A DNA stretch of 64,000 nt from Eledone cirrhosa (GCA_964016885.1 OZ024740.1:186000001-186064000), one strand, 5' to 3'; counted from the first letter of the stretch, positions 43,683 through 57,001 are shown. The notes: generated by a model from the letters alone, not told the origin. Numbers and translations are program-made.

Positions 43683-43948
43683 AAAGTGACACAGAGGAGA
43701 CTGAGGTTGGCTGGACATGCTCACCGACATCCAGAGTTGACATTGCACTCAGTGCTCCTGTGGGAGCCCCTACATGGACACACTAGAAGAGGAAGACCAA
43801 GGTTAACGTATGTTGATGCCCTAAGGACAGACACTGGTCTGTTGGAGATGCAGGACATGGCAGCGATAATGAGGGACAGAGACCGCTGGAGAGAACTCGT
43901 CCATGGATCTCGGGAATGTTACCCGCCTTAGATAGATAAATAGATAGT
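43683..43948 (+). mobile_element. 3' fragment of an RTE/RTE-X-type LINE
   Basis: RRLRLAGHAHRHPE...VLLWEP.HG..RRGRPRLTYVD.L..DTGL...MRDRDRWR then a (TAGA)n tail. Confidence 0.85.
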
Positions 43949-44007
43949 AATAATAATAAATTTGAAGACTAAAATACAAAGAGGGATCGATAAGGATAAA
44001 TATATAT

Positions 44008-44055
<48 letters not shown>

Positions 44056-44061
<6 letters not shown>

Positions 44062-44269
44062 TAACAGATTAAAGTTTAAGCAATGAATTGCTGCTTACAC
44101 TCTTAACAGTATCTTCTGAAACTCGAGTTTCAGAAGATCCCGTAAAGGGTGAAAGTAGCGATTATTTGCTTAAACTTTAATGTTATTTTAATAGATATTT
44201 GCTCTAGGGTTCTTATATGTTTGATATATATTTATCCTTATCGAACCCTCTTTGGATTTTAGTCTTCAC

Positions 44270-44280
<11 letters not shown>
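44056..44280 (+). mobile_element. Family A palindromic mini-element
   Basis: Fold-back centre gaaactcgagtttc at 44118-44131; HHR-like motif 44126-44176; its (TTA)n tail merges with the Dong tail. Confidence 0.88.
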
Positions 44281-44299
<19 letters not shown>

Positions 44300-44300
<1 letters not shown>

Positions 44301-47300
44301 GTTCTTTGAGTCTCAGTCATTGATGTTAGTTAACTGGAAAGTTTGTTGAAATGAATATCAAGCCACTACCTGCAGCTTCAGATATTCAGGAGTTATCGGA
44401 AGGTTCTTGCTGTTCCCAGCAAGCATGCCTTTTGAAGTGTTCCAAAAAGCGGGGCGGGACCAATTTTCTTTAACCATCCTTGGAAATTCTTTGAGATAGT
44501 ACCTACGGCGCCTATTAAAATCGGGACCACTTTGACGTCATAGCAGTTCCTAATCCTTTTTACCTCCCACTTTAAGTCTTGGTATCGGTTAATTTGCTCT
44601 CTCTCCTTCTCTTGCACTCTCGTGTCGAATGGGCAGGCTACATCCGCAATCAGGCACGCTCTTTTTCCCTTGTCCAAAACCACCAGGTCAGGTCTATTGT
44701 ATTCCAGTTTCTTGTCCGTCTGTATCCTAAAATTCCACAGCACCTTGAGCTGATCGTTTTCTATTTACTTTGCATAGGTGCCTGTGGATCACCCTGCCCA
44801 TCACATCATGTCTCCAGCCTTTATAGTGAGTCTGGGCTACGTGTTTACACTCGGATACAATGTGAGCCACAGTCTCCTCTCTCTCTCTCCACAGATGCTA
44901 CCCAGTGGGCTAGCCTCCTCCTTGTAAATAGGGTGTTTCAGCCACTTCGTTTTGAGGGCCTGCTCTTGCGCAGCCATTAGCCTTCCTTCTGTAGCCTTTT
45001 TAAGGTCTCATCTTTTCAACCAGTTTCATGTCTGTGGATCTCTAAATTCAGTTTTCTCAAAGAAGGTACTATGAAGGGATTTTTCATGTAGGTTACTCTT
45101 CTATTGTCCTCTCCTTCAGTAAAATTCTGAGCATTGGCTCCCTACTATCAGTCACGTATTTGAGTCGGTTGTTTTTCCCCATCTTAAGACAGTCCTCTAT
45201 GCTGATAAGACCTCTTCCACCTTCAGATCTCCTTAAGTAGAGTCTATCGACATTACTCCTCTTGTGGAACATGTTGTAGATAGTCAATAGCTTCCTAGTG
45301 TTCCTATCCATTTCTTTTTGTTCAGCAACATTCCATCTCAGAATTCACGCACTGTACCTAATAATAGACACAGCTCGGGAATTTACTGCACTTATGGCAT
45401 TCCTACTGTTCATATGTGATTTTAATACGCTCCTTACTCTCCGAATGTATTCAGATCTTATCAATTCCTTCATTTTTTTGTTCTTGATGTCATCAGCCTC
45501 CAGAACACCCAAATACTTGTATCCTTCTTCAGTGTCAATTTCCTTTATCATCTCACCTGTTGGTACCTGGATTCCGTTGCTTCTGCTCAATTTACCCCTC
45601 TTCATCACAAGGACTCCACACTTACTAATACCAAATTGCATACATATATCATTGCTGAAAATACGGACTGTGTCAACAAGCACACCCAACTCCTTCTCAC
45701 TCTTCCCGAACACCTTCAGATCGTCCATGAAGAGGAGGTGGTTGATGGTAAGCTCTCCCTTTCCCAAATTGTATCCTGCTCCTACTTTTCGCAGTATAAT
45801 GGTCAGGGAGATGAGGGCAAGGAAAAACAACAGAGGGGACAAACTATCTCCCTGGAATATACCTCTCTTAATCTTCACGCCTCCCAAGGATTCTCCGCCC
45901 GATGTTAACTCAGATTTCCAGGACTTCATACTTTTGCTCAACAACTGTCTGATGTTATCTGCCACCCTGAAGATCTCTAGGCTTTTGGTTATCCAAGAAT
46001 GAGGTACTATGTCGAATGCCGTTTTGTAGTCTATCCATCCTATGGCAAGACCAGTGTGTCTCCTCCTGCAATTCCTCATAACCATCTTATCAATAAGTAA
46101 CTGGTCTTTGTACCACAAGACTTCTTTCGGCATCCTTTCTGTTCGTCAGGTAACAAGTTGTTTATGTGGAGGTGATGGTAGATTTCCTCAGACACAATGC
46201 TTGTTAACATTTTCCACATTACGGACAAACATGTGATAGGTCTATAGTTGGTAACATCGTTACCCTTGGTTCGGTCTTTCATTACCAGAACTGTGATACC
46301 TTTTGTCAACCACTCTGGTACCTCACCTGACATCAAGCAGTCATTGAACATGGTTGTCAGTTTCGGGTGGAGGGATGTTATGTTTTTAATCCAATAGACC
46401 TGCACAACATCTGGGCCTAGTGATTTCCAGTTGGTTTGTTTTCTGGCCTGCCCTTTAAGAGTTTCAACTGTGATACTCAAATTAGTTTGTTGGTGTGCCT
46501 GTTCACTAATCTTCTTTTGTACTGTCTCAATCCACACTGCCTGATCAGTATGTTTAACATCCTGCTCCCATATTCCTCTCCAGAATGTTTTAGTTTCTTC
46601 CGCCTCAGGGATCAAGTCGTTGCCGCTTTCTTTCCCTTCAAGCTGCCCAAACAACATCTGTTTGTTGTCAAACATGCGGTTCTGTCTATACTGACTGACT
46701 CAGCTCTCGTATCGCCTAATCTTTGAGCTCTTTGCTACAATGCGTTGCGTCAGTTCCTCTATGATAATATTTAGCTTTTTCCTGCTAGTTTTGTGCTTTA
46801 TTTCCAATATATTTTTAGTGTCAATGTTTTGTAGTGTCCCATTCAGTAGAGACTCAAGCTTTCCAATGTCTTTTCTCATTTCCCTGATTTGACCACTCAG
46901 TCGTTTCTTCCACCAAGGTTCTGATCTTTCTTGTTTGTTGTTTCCTCTCGCTTTTATTCCAAGTAATTTCCTCACCGCATTTTCTGTTGCTTTGAGGATA
47001 TTGTTGCACTGGTGAAGGTTCCTCACCTCAAGGTATGAGATGACTTTGTTTGCCTTAGCTGTTGTTTCTTTTAACTTTTTCCTGTCTACAAATCTTAGAT
47101 TCATAGGTTTCCCACTATCATTGTTCATTTCATCTACCACTAAGTTTAGGTTATCAACCAAATCTTGTCCTAGCCCGTCAGCATTCATTTCCTCAATGGC
47201 CGTATCTTTGTTCCAGGTATTATTTATTTCAGCATTCATATCATTGTCTGCTTCGGATGCTTCCTCCGTTCTATCAACTTCTTCACCTTCATTTCCCACT

Positions 47301-47835
47301 GGCTCGTTTGCCTGGCATACTCCACTCTCCATTTCCAACCTAACCTCTCTGCTGAGGTCCTCCAGTTCCAGCTCGCTTATCCACCCATTCGTTCTTATTA
47401 CCCGAGTCTGCCCGGCCAAGTTTTGTTCATCTAATTTAAATAGACCACTCCGTTCCAGATGCTATGCATCTGTTTCCTATAGCCTTTTTCATTGGGGTTA
47501 CTCTTCAGGTAACATTGCATAACAGTTCTATTCAATTCTTTCGTCCAGTTGGTTCTGGTCCCTTTCCTTCTTCGTCTTCCTCCGATACCAGCAGTATTTG
47601 GATGACAGCCAGGTCCCTGCTGCTGAGCCAGGTAGCACCTGCTGGGTGAGAGTCTGTCACATGACATTCCAGTCTCCACTTCACCCTTATTCGAACTGTT
47701 TAGGTTCGACATTTAAACACTCTTATCGAGGATTGGTGAATGTATGGTTACCTATCTGCCGGTAATTTCATCACCCCCAGTGATTTCATCACCCCCGGTT
47801 ATTTTAGCGTGGCACTATCACGCTGTAGACGAACA
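44300..47835 (-). mobile_element. Near full-length, frameshifted R4/Dong-clade non-LTR retrotransposon (RT, CCHC, restriction-like endonuclease)
   Basis: ORF pieces 47712 to 44393: WTKELN, EPWWKKRL, NYRPITCL, EQKGCR, WIDYKTAFD.VPHSW, RGIFQGDSLSPLLF, HLLFMDDLK, YKYLG, GGRGL, CGEREETVAHIVSEC..RHD, NRPDLVV, KYQDL-like; (TAA)n 3' tail at 44270-44299. Confidence 0.95.
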
Positions 47836-48517
47836 TAAATAAATAAACAAATAAATAGGTAAAAACTTAACAAAATAAGCATAAGTTTCATTGTAATTTA
47901 ATGTTTGAATATCTGACTTAGATTTTTTTGTTTGTTTGTTTGTTTGTTTGTTTGTTTTATTCTTCTTCTTATTATTATTATTATTATTATTGATCTAAGC
48001 GGACGTATTTTGCTCGCTCACAGTAAGTCGCTTTATTTGCCTGTTTAAATTATTTGCTGTTAAATATTTCTTGTTGTGTAAAGGATATAAGCCCTTAGAC
48101 TTTGCCCCGTGAAGGGGAAAGTATAATATTTGGGCCTTTTGGCCCAAATATTTTAACTTTTTTTTACATGTTAAAAAATTTACGAAGAAATAAAACATGG
48201 CTGAGCCCCCCCCCCCCCCCCCCCCCCCCCAGCGATATGTCGGCTGTTGTGCGACAACGTCGTAGAAGTTGAGAGGAGCGCTACAGCGAAATTAACATAC
48301 ATTGATAACACAAACACCACCACAAACAAGGTAAACAAACACACCAATGATACCAATAAGAACACTAATTTGAAAAAAAATGACAGTAACAGCGACAACG
48401 AAAATACAGATAACAAAAAAAACCCAAACAAATACACCAACAATATCAACAACACTAACATGAAAACAAATAGCGACAACACCAACAGCAACAATACCAA
48501 CTGCACCGAGAACAACG

Positions 48518-49441
48518 GTGGCAGCAAAGACAACAATGATAACAGCGACAGTGCTAACAACAACACCAACAAAAAACAACGTCAACAACATCCCCAACGA
48601 AAACAAGACCACTTTCGCTGCGGCAGCAGCAAAAAAGAGGCCATGCTTCAACATGGACCTCTCAAACAAAGATGAAAAGTTGGCCCAGGCATGGAAGCTC
48701 ATCAAGCAAGAGCAAACTTGGGCCAACTTAACTGTCCCGGTAGAAGCTATCGAGGCAGTGGAGCGCAAAACGGGTCATTATAGATGCATCTCAGCACAAA
48801 CCAAAAGGGCAGCGTTAATCCCACAAGAAGATGTCGAAGTCGCGCTGTGGTGCATCAGAGAAGACACCCAGTACATAGAGAGGGGCAGACAGTACGGCAC
48901 CATTTAGGTGTTGTCCAAGTCAGAAGCCCTCGCGATGAACCACGCCATGACTCCTTGCAAAACCAGCAAGGTCATAATGTACCCCTCCCACATGTGAAAA
49001 AGAACGGCCCGTCTCCGCATTCCCAGAATCCCACCAGGACTTGACATGTGGTGGCTTCTGGGATGTGTGATTGTGGAGGGGCCGGATACAGTCCCTATAG
49101 AAGTGACCAGAACGGCCAGAGAGGACTCGTCCGGGGTTGACCTAGAGATCCTTCTACAGATCAGGCCCGAGAATGTGAAGACAATCCCAGACCACATCCG
49201 CCTTCAGAATGGGACTGTCATTCACATTATGACCGAAGGCAAAAGGCCGCAGTGTTTTGTTTGTGGGGAAAAAACCCATTTGCGAACCTTCTGCCCTCAA
49301 CTGCTGAAAGAGGCAAGGGGTCGAAAGGCTCCACTGCTGCCGACGCCGGGGCGAGGACCACAACCAACACCTGCACTGGCAAAACCACCAACAACAACAC
49401 CAATAGAAAGACCACCACCAACATTGACCACCCAGGGGTAA
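48518..49441 (+). pseudogene. LINE ORF1 (gag-like), disrupted
   Basis: Basic SFAAAA-like KTTFAAAAAKKRP segment and CFVCGEKTHLRTFC zinc knuckle; in-frame stops at 48905 and near 48995. Confidence 0.8.
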
Positions 49442-50229
49442 TCGAGGAAAGCTGTCAAATTCTCCCCCCCCCCCCACCAAAAAAAAATACACACACCAAT
49501 AAAACCTTAAACATACATACAGACACACTTACAGAAACAGACCCCTCATCTACCAGTAGTGAAAATGAGGGAAATCAAAAATCCCCCAAAATACAAAAAA
49601 GGAAACACAAAAAGAAAAAAAAAAAACTCAACAACGCACAAAAGCACCCACAATAAAAAACGCAGACACCACCCACGCAAACATCTCTCCAATAACACCA
49701 ACATCAACACCACCATCACCATCACCAGAATCCCCTAAACGCAAACAACCGAAACAGACGCAAGAACAAATATACACACAAACATCTGAAACCACCGACA
49801 TAGTACTCACAATAAACACAGATACAACCGAAACAACACCACCAAAACCATCACCACCACAGCCACGCAAACAAATAAAATCACACCAACAAAACATACA
49901 AAACTTCGTGCTCGTCAGGAGGGCCAACAAGGAACTGATGGCCCTCGTAGCACGAAGTGAAAATATACAAAAAAAAAGGGAAATGTTTAAATCGAGCACA
50001 TTTAGCGTCCCGGAAGATTTGGTTCTGGTGCGAATATCGCTCGACATATTCAAAGAAATACGAGACAGCTTTCCTCGGGACGTGGGAACCCCGAACGTAA
50101 AACCCGCTTCAAGACTTTTAAAGGGGTTCCCAAAAGAAACCCCACTAACTATGGTGGTCGAAAAACCCGACCTTCACAAGAGCCCGGAAGGCAAGTAAAC
50201 CTTCCTCTCTCTCTGTTTAACCTGCCAAC

Positions 50230-51338
50230 ATGGCCGTATTAAGAGTAGCATGTTTAAATGTTCGAGGCCTCGGATCGCCCTGGAAGCAGGGTCACCTGCT
50301 CAATGACCTCAGGTCTATAGAAATGGATGTAATTGCAGTCAGCGAAACCAGGATTTCCGACATGCGCGCACTAGCCCCCATTTGTTAGCCAGCCGGGAAT
50401 AGGAGGCGGGGTGGCAGTGCTGTTTAGGAAAGGCCTGGACCTCGAGGAAAGGTCGATCTTCCGGGACCCGGGCGGGAAGTTGGTGGCCCTGGACGTGAAC
50501 AATAATGAAGGTGGTGCCTTTAGACTGGTGGCCGTCTATGCTCCTACAGGGGCAGGACGGCCGGATTTCTTTAGACGCCTGGAAGCCTTTCTGGGTACGT
50601 CTCGCCCTTTACTGTTAGCGAGACTGTGTGACTGGCATCTGGAATGTTGCCAGGCACTCACTGCCCTCTACCAGGCGGGCAATGCGGTCAGTGGAACTTC
50701 CACTCTCGAGTTCTATAGAGGATTAGTGGTGGGCAAGTGCGATGACGCACTTGGAGAGGCTCTGGGAGTCAACGAAGTCGAACTAACCAGACTGTACTGG
50801 AGGACTTTCGAGCCGGGGACGATGGATAATTTCCAAAAATCTCTCGCTTGGCAGTGCTACCGGGGGGCACTGCCGGTTCGAGATAAACTCTACAGGCACG
50901 GAAGTGCTGTCAGACGGACCTGCCCGAGATGCGCGCAGAGCGACGAAACCGTTCTGCACGCACTCGTCCAGTGTCCGTGCATTACTGACTTGTGGAGTTA
51001 TGTTGAACAGTTGTTGTCGCGTGTAGAACTGATCCGGCTATCGGCCGAGTCCATAGTGAAGATTGACCCGCCGCCTTCTTTTGGCCAGGAAGGGCAGGTA
51101 ATTTTCCTCTGTCTGGTGGCAGTAGCGAAAGAGGTTGTATGGTGGACGAGGTTGAAAGGACTGAAGACAGACACTTTTCTCTTCGGCCAATCCCTCATCA
51201 ACTTTTTCAAGTTTCACTTGGAAAGGAAGGTGAGGGTGGAGAGAGAAGTGCTGCCCCCCCAGTACATCTGCTGAAAGGTGGGTGAATGTGGCGAGAATGG
51301 CCCGTGTGAGTGGGCCTACTCTAGTCATGCGGCTGTAG
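50230..51338 (+). pseudogene. LINE ORF2 remnant: APE endonuclease N-terminus fused to C-terminal zf-RVT region, RT absent
   Basis: MAVLRVACLNVRGL...AVSET...GVAVLF...LVAVYAP then directly WHLEC...AWQCYRGALPVRDKL...CPRCAQSDETVLHALVQC. Confidence 0.88.
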
Positions 51339-51630
51339 GTAGGTAAATTTGAAGAGGAGAGGCGTGCCCTTCCAGGGTGGTCTCGAAGCGTCGGGTCGTT
51401 CAGGACTGGTGGGGTACCTGAGCGAACACTAGGTGGTCATCCTCCCTGTTGGGGAATTCTTTTCTTGTTGTAATTTTCTTGTTACTTTACTGTTTCTTTG
51501 TTATTATTACTTTGTTTATTCATATTGTTTACTCGATTTTTCTGTAATACCCCACTGACCCAGTCTTTTGTATTGTCTCCTATATGTCGGCCATTGTGGC
51601 CAATAAATGAAATCATTATTATTATTATTA

Positions 51631-51810
51631 TTGGCAGTATCGGTAAGGGTCGGACGCCATGCTTTGAAGCATAGAGTTACCTCCCTTTATGATCTGAGTT
51701 CAAATCCCGCCGAGGTTAACTTTGCCTTTCATCCTTACGGGGTCGATAAAATAAAGTACCAGTAATGAACTGGAATAATTGCTGGCCTTGTGCCAAAAGT
51801 AGAAACAATT
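51631..51810 (+). mobile_element. Nin-like tRNA SINE inserted in an (ATT)n tail
   Basis: Consensus match; (ATT)n on both sides. Confidence 0.92.
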
Positions 51811-51829
51811 ATTATTATTATTATTGGCG

Positions 51830-54800
51830 ACATACATAGGAAATCGTATTATCGTGAACTCCGCAAAAGTTTGTTGTTTTCAGTTGTTTCAAATTGCCAG
51901 CTATGGAAAATTGTTGTTGTTAAGTGTTTATAAGATCACATATATTGCTTTCTGAAAAGGACACTCAAAAATATTGGGGCCTTGAGCCCAAAATTTAAAC
52001 CTTTATAGTTATCAAACAAAAACGTTCTTTGAAAAAGACATGGACGCAAAGCTGACAGCCTTTCTAACAGACCAACACCTCCCACCACCACCATTGTAGA
52101 CATTACTACGCTTGCCAACACTAAAAATGTAAGCAGTAATTTAAATTTTTCACATGCAGACATTCATTTCCCGCCATTACCAATAGCTGCAGGTGTTAAA
52201 GCCTCCACCACCGCCACCGCCACCACAATGTCAAAAAGAACAACCAACACCACTGACACCGGCCTATCCCAACTGGAGACAGATTGTGACGATGAGGAGG
52301 AGTGCGAGATATTATCAGGAAAAAAGAAAAAAAAATAACCCGAAATAGAAAAAATCCTCTTCCTTCGCCCTCCAAAAATAAAATGCAGGGGGAAACAAAT
52401 AAGCCAACAAACAAAAAAGTTAAGACAGCTATGCCACCACCCACACAAGCATTACCAGCCCCATCACCACAAATACCAACACCATCACCATCATTAACCC
52501 CACAACCACCATCACCAACACCACAAAAATCACCAAAAAGCGAAACAGAAACAAACACACAACAAACGCAAACAAAACAAAACAACCAAAACGACACTAC
52601 ACAGCATTAAATTTGAACAACAACCAATTATTACACTACATCTAACGCAACACCAGCATCACAGAAAAAGACTACACAACACCCAAAAAATTCACACCAC
52701 CTCCACACATAGAAATCACTCGCATCACACAGAAAACGTACACGACACTAAAACAAAAATTCCACAAGGACATCGGAGACTTCCGACAAACACTCTCCAG
52801 GAGGATTTATAAGGACATCCTTCCGGAGGAGTCCAGAGGCAGTGAGAAGGTGGAGAAACCATCTACGAGAAGTGAGGTAAGTGGTCTTTCCCATCTTTTT
52901 CCACTCCTTTTCAACATGACCTCACTCAGAATAGGCAGCATAAATGCGCATGGCCTGGGGTCGTCATGGAATCAGGGCCACCTGCTCAACGACCTCAGGT
53001 CTCTAAACATAGATGTGGTGGCCATCAGGAGACCAGAATCTCCGAAGCACAAGCCTTCGCACCTATCTTCGGCGGCTACGCATCTGCCAGCCGTCCAGGA
53101 TCGGGGTTGCCGTGCTTTTTCGGAGAGGTTTGTATTTCGCCAAACGGGCCATCTTCTTGGAACCAAAAGGCAAGTCGGTGGTGCTGGACGTGACCGGCAG
53201 CGAAGGCAATGCTTTCAGGCTAGTAGCCGTCTTGTCCCAACAGGGAAAGGACGGCTAGATCTCTTCCAGATTTCGTCTAGAGACCTTACTTGGAACGTCC
53301 CGCTCTTTAGAGGTAGTGGGCGACCGGAACGGTATCTTAGATGCACGCTGGTATTATGTGGGACTAGTAGACAGGGCAGGAAGGTGTAAATGCCTCAACA
53401 ACCTGCTCAGACGTTTTGAACTGTCTGACAGGTATAGACTGGATTATCCGAATGTGACAATGTGGACATGGGCAAACCGCATCGGGTTATCCATATCGTA
53501 TTTAGATAGGGTATTCTGTAGGGAACAGATAAGGCTATTGTAGGTTGTCCTCAATTTAAAGTAGTCGACTACACGGACCACAAATTTGTGATCTGTGAAG
53601 TTGACTTAGATAGACTCCATAGACAAGGGCCCGGCTACTGGAAACTGAATGCGTTGTTCCCGGCGCTCAAAGCTTACAGAGATCGGATTAGCGAATTAGT
53701 TAAGGGTGCGTTGACGGGTGCGATCGTCAAAAACAGGTGGTGGTTTACTCTGAAAAGGGCTATTAGAGTAGAATCGATAAGTTGTGATAGAGGGAGAGTT
53801 AGTTAGAAAGCTAGAAGAGGCGTTTAGGACAGGCTTCGCAACCGACGTGCTTGCGGCGAGATTGGCACTCGACCAATTCTTCAACGCAAAGCATGAAGGC
53901 TGCGCTGTCAGAGCTAGAAGACGTGCTCTAAGACACAAGGGGACGAAAGCCGTTTAATGGGCCCGGGTGGTGGAGGCGCGACGTGGCAACAAGTCCACAA
54001 TTCGGTCTTTGCCTGATCAAAACGGAGGCATGTTGCTCGAACGCGAGCAGATGCGTGCGGCTTTTCAACAGCACTTTGCCAATTGTTCGGGAGCGGCGGC
54101 GGGCCGGACCGGAGTATGGACTTCGGTGCATACCTCGTCGGACTGCCGCGGCTCTCGACGACCGCAGCACAGTGCCGCGAAAAGCCGATAACAGCAGGTG
54201 AAATACGGGGCGCGTTGCCTGACTGCACGAGGAGTAAATCGCCAGGTTTGGATGGTCTGCCCTACGAGCTTTTTGCGTATATGACAGACTTGTTCCACGA
54301 CCTCTTGGCAGATCTCTACTGCAACTGGCAGTAAAACGGGAGCATTCCCAGTTTTGTGAGCCGGGGAGCGGTAGCGCTGCTAAAAAGACCCGAACAAGCG
54401 GGACGTGATAGACAACTTCAGGTCCATAACTATGCTAAACGCAGGGTTTAAGATTTTGGCCAACGTGTTAGCAAAGAGATTGGCGCTTGTCGTCGGTGAT
54501 CTGGTGGGAGAGGCGCAGCCATGCGCTATCCCGGACAGATCCATCCACGACCACCTACATCTCATGCAATACATCATAGAGAGGGTGGTTAAGGAAACTG
54601 ACCCGGGTGGGGCTCTGATCAACTTGTATCAATCTAAAGCAGTTGAAAGGGTCGACCATCGGTACTTGGCTGCGGTCCTCGAAGCGACCGGCTTCGGGCC
54701 CGTTTTTAGAGGTTGGATCGCTGCGATGCACAGAGGTTGAATGGTGACCTGTCGCAGCATTTCAACATCATGCGCTCGGTCCGCCAGGATTGTTCCCTCT

Positions 54801-56424
54801 CGTCCTTCTTGTACGTACTGGCCCTAGAGCCTTTACTACACAAATTGGAGACCATGAGCATCTGGACGTGTTTGGTGTCAAGCACCAAACACGTCCAGAT
54901 GCTCGGCACCGCTCTCAAGGAATACGAAGCGTGACAGGAGCAAAGATAAACCAGGAAAAGTCGGTGGGCTTGCAACACAGCACCTGGAGAGGCAAGTCCA
55001 TGCCGTTCGACAGCGTCGTAAGGCGCTGGACGTAACGACTGGTTAAATTGTCCGGGGTCTGGTTCGGTCCGGACCTCCAGATGGAGAAAAAGTGGAGCGA
55101 GGTGACGAGCAGTGCGGCCTCTCTCACTCAGAAATGGGCCGAGAGGAGGTTGTCTCTGAAAGGTGGGGAGGAGGTGGCGAATGCGTACATAGTGTCTGTC
55201 ATCTGCTACCGCCTGATGATCGTACCTTGTCCCTGGCCAAGTATGACCAAAATGGAGCGCCTTCTCTTCCGCATTTTGTGGAAGGGACGTGCTCCCATGG
55301 CCAGACGATCCATTTGCCGTCAACACCCGATGCGTGGAGGACTAGGCATGCCATGGCTGATGATGCGCAAACATGCTCTGAGGCTGCGATATCTCTGGTG
55401 CTTCCTTGACGGTGAACAGGTGTGGTCGCCGTTTGCCAGACGCGCTTTTCCCCATCTCGTCTCCTTGACGGGGCTGCAGCCCTGGATCAGGAAAAGACCG
55501 AGGGATAGAGCTTGGAAGCTGGAATGTCTCCAAGCGCTCACCGCCCTCTACCAGCTGGGCACTAGTATTGGTGGAACATACACCTCGGCGTTCTATAGAA
55601 CGCTAGTGGAGGGAATGAGCGACGACGTTCTTGGGGAGACCCTGGACGTCGAAGACGATCAGCTGTTCGCTCTCTTCAAGAGAAATTTCAGACCAGGGCC
55701 TTTGGACAACTTCCAGAAATCCCTGGCCTGGCAGTGCTACCGGGGAGCGTTGCCGGTTCGGGAAAAACTCTACAGATACGGAGATGCTGTCAGCCGAGCC
55801 TGTCCGAGAATCGCGCAGGCGACGAAACCGTCCTGCACGCACTCGTTCAATGCCCGAGGATTTCTGACTTGTGGAGCTATGTCGAACAGCTGCTGTCGCA
55901 TGTAGGACGGATCCGGTTATCGACTGAGTCCAACGTGCAGATAGCCCCGCCATCCTCCTTTAAAGAGGAGGAAGGGCAGGAAATTTTTATCTGCCTGGTG
56001 GCCATGGCGAAAGAGATTGTGTGGTGAACAGTATTGAAAGTGTTGAAGACGGACACTTTCCTCTCCGGCCAATCCCTGATTAACCTTTTGAAGTTTCACT
56101 TGAAGAGGAACATCAGGGTGGAGAGGCTATTGCTGTCTTCTAGTAAGTTTGTTGAAAGGTGGGTGAAAGTGGCGCGTCTTTTCCGAGTGAACGGGCCCGC
56201 TCTGAGTATACGCCTGTAGACTGAGGAGTTGGAAAAGCTTGAGTGGGCGCTTGATCTCTTGGTCAGGGTAGCCATGGTCTTTTGTGTGGTTTTCACCACG
56301 AGTGACCCTCGTGTACACGACCAACACCCACTTTGTATCGTCCTGTAGTTCTGTGCCGTCTCTAATGTTTTTATTCGTGTCAGCCCCTGTGGCCAAAAAT
56401 CATTATTATTATTATTATTATTAC
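51830..56424 (+). mobile_element. Tx1/L1-clade LINE, copy 2 (related subfamily), many frameshifts
   Basis: ORF2 pieces from 52916 to 56219; (ATT)n tail at 56402-56424; ORF1 region reduced to low-complexity sequence. Confidence 0.9.
52916..56219 (+). pseudogene. LINE ORF2 (APE endonuclease, reverse transcriptase, zf-RVT), disrupted
   Basis: GSINAHGL, SYLDRVF, TDHK, GPGYWKLN, KSPGLDGLPYE, NFRSITMLN..KILA, KAVERVDH, SVRQDCSLS..LY.LALEPL, GAKINQEKS, GGLGMP, AWQCYRGALPV. Confidence 0.92.
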
Positions 56425-56664
56425 AGTTGCATTTATCTTGCTTTATGTTCATACGAGTTATCAGCAAGTCACAACCAGTGACCTCAAGAGACAACAAGGT
56501 CCGCCATGTTCAAGAAAGAACATACATACTCACACATGCATCTTTACTGTTTAGACTTGTGATGTACTTATATTGACAGAATCTTCCTTAGTATATGGGC
56601 AGTTCCAATTAGTACTATCTTTTGTATTTCTCCTATACGCGGGTTTCCTGGGATTTGCGATAAG
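56425..56664 (-). mobile_element. 3' end of a second R4/Dong-type family
   Basis: Manual minus-strand translation LSQIPGNPRIGEIQKIVLIGTAHILRKILSI*, the typical RLE-LINE C-terminus; (TAA)n on both sides. Confidence 0.8.
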
Positions 56665-56696
56665 TATTATTATTATTGTTATTATTATTATTATTA

Positions 56697-56992
56697 TGAT
56701 TGTTCTTTGAGTCTCAGTCATTGATGTTAGTTAACTGGAAAGTTTGTTGAAATGAATATCAAGCCACTACCTGCAGCCTCAGATATTCAGGACGTATCGG
56801 AGGGTTCATGCTGTTCCCAGCAAGCATGCCTTTTGAAGCGTTCCAAAAGCGTGAAGGGGCCAACTTTCTTTAACCATCCCTGGAAACTTTTTGAGATAGT
56901 ACCTAGTGCGCCTATGACAATCGGGACCACTTTGACTTCATGGCAGTTCCAAATCCTTTTTACCTCCCACTTTAAGTCCTGGTATCGGTTAA
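56697..56992 (-). mobile_element. 5'-truncated copy of the Dong element at 44300-47835
   Basis: Highly similar to 44298-44593; (TAA)n on both sides. Confidence 0.92.
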
Positions 56993-57001
56993 TTATTATC
57001 A

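Larger units (their letters stand above)
47995..51630 (+). mobile_element. Tx1/L1-clade LINE, copy 1, ORF2 internally deleted
   Basis: ORF1 remnants with a CCHC knuckle, ORF2 with APE start and zf-RVT end, AATAAA plus (ATT)n tail; the 5' boundary is inferred from the upstream (ATT)n tract. Confidence 0.88.

Noticed and set aside
45298-46002. 234 aa plus-strand ORF
   Set aside because: Antisense shadow of the Dong RT on the minus strand
47715-47835. HDV-like ribozyme at the 5' end of the Dong element
   Set aside because: Only a small hairpin and a gggggtgatgaaat duplication are visible; I could not build the nested double pseudoknot
48180-48768. Asn-rich plus ORF and hydrophobic membrane-like minus ORFs
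   Set aside because: Low-complexity AAC-rich leader of the LINE ORF1 region and its antisense
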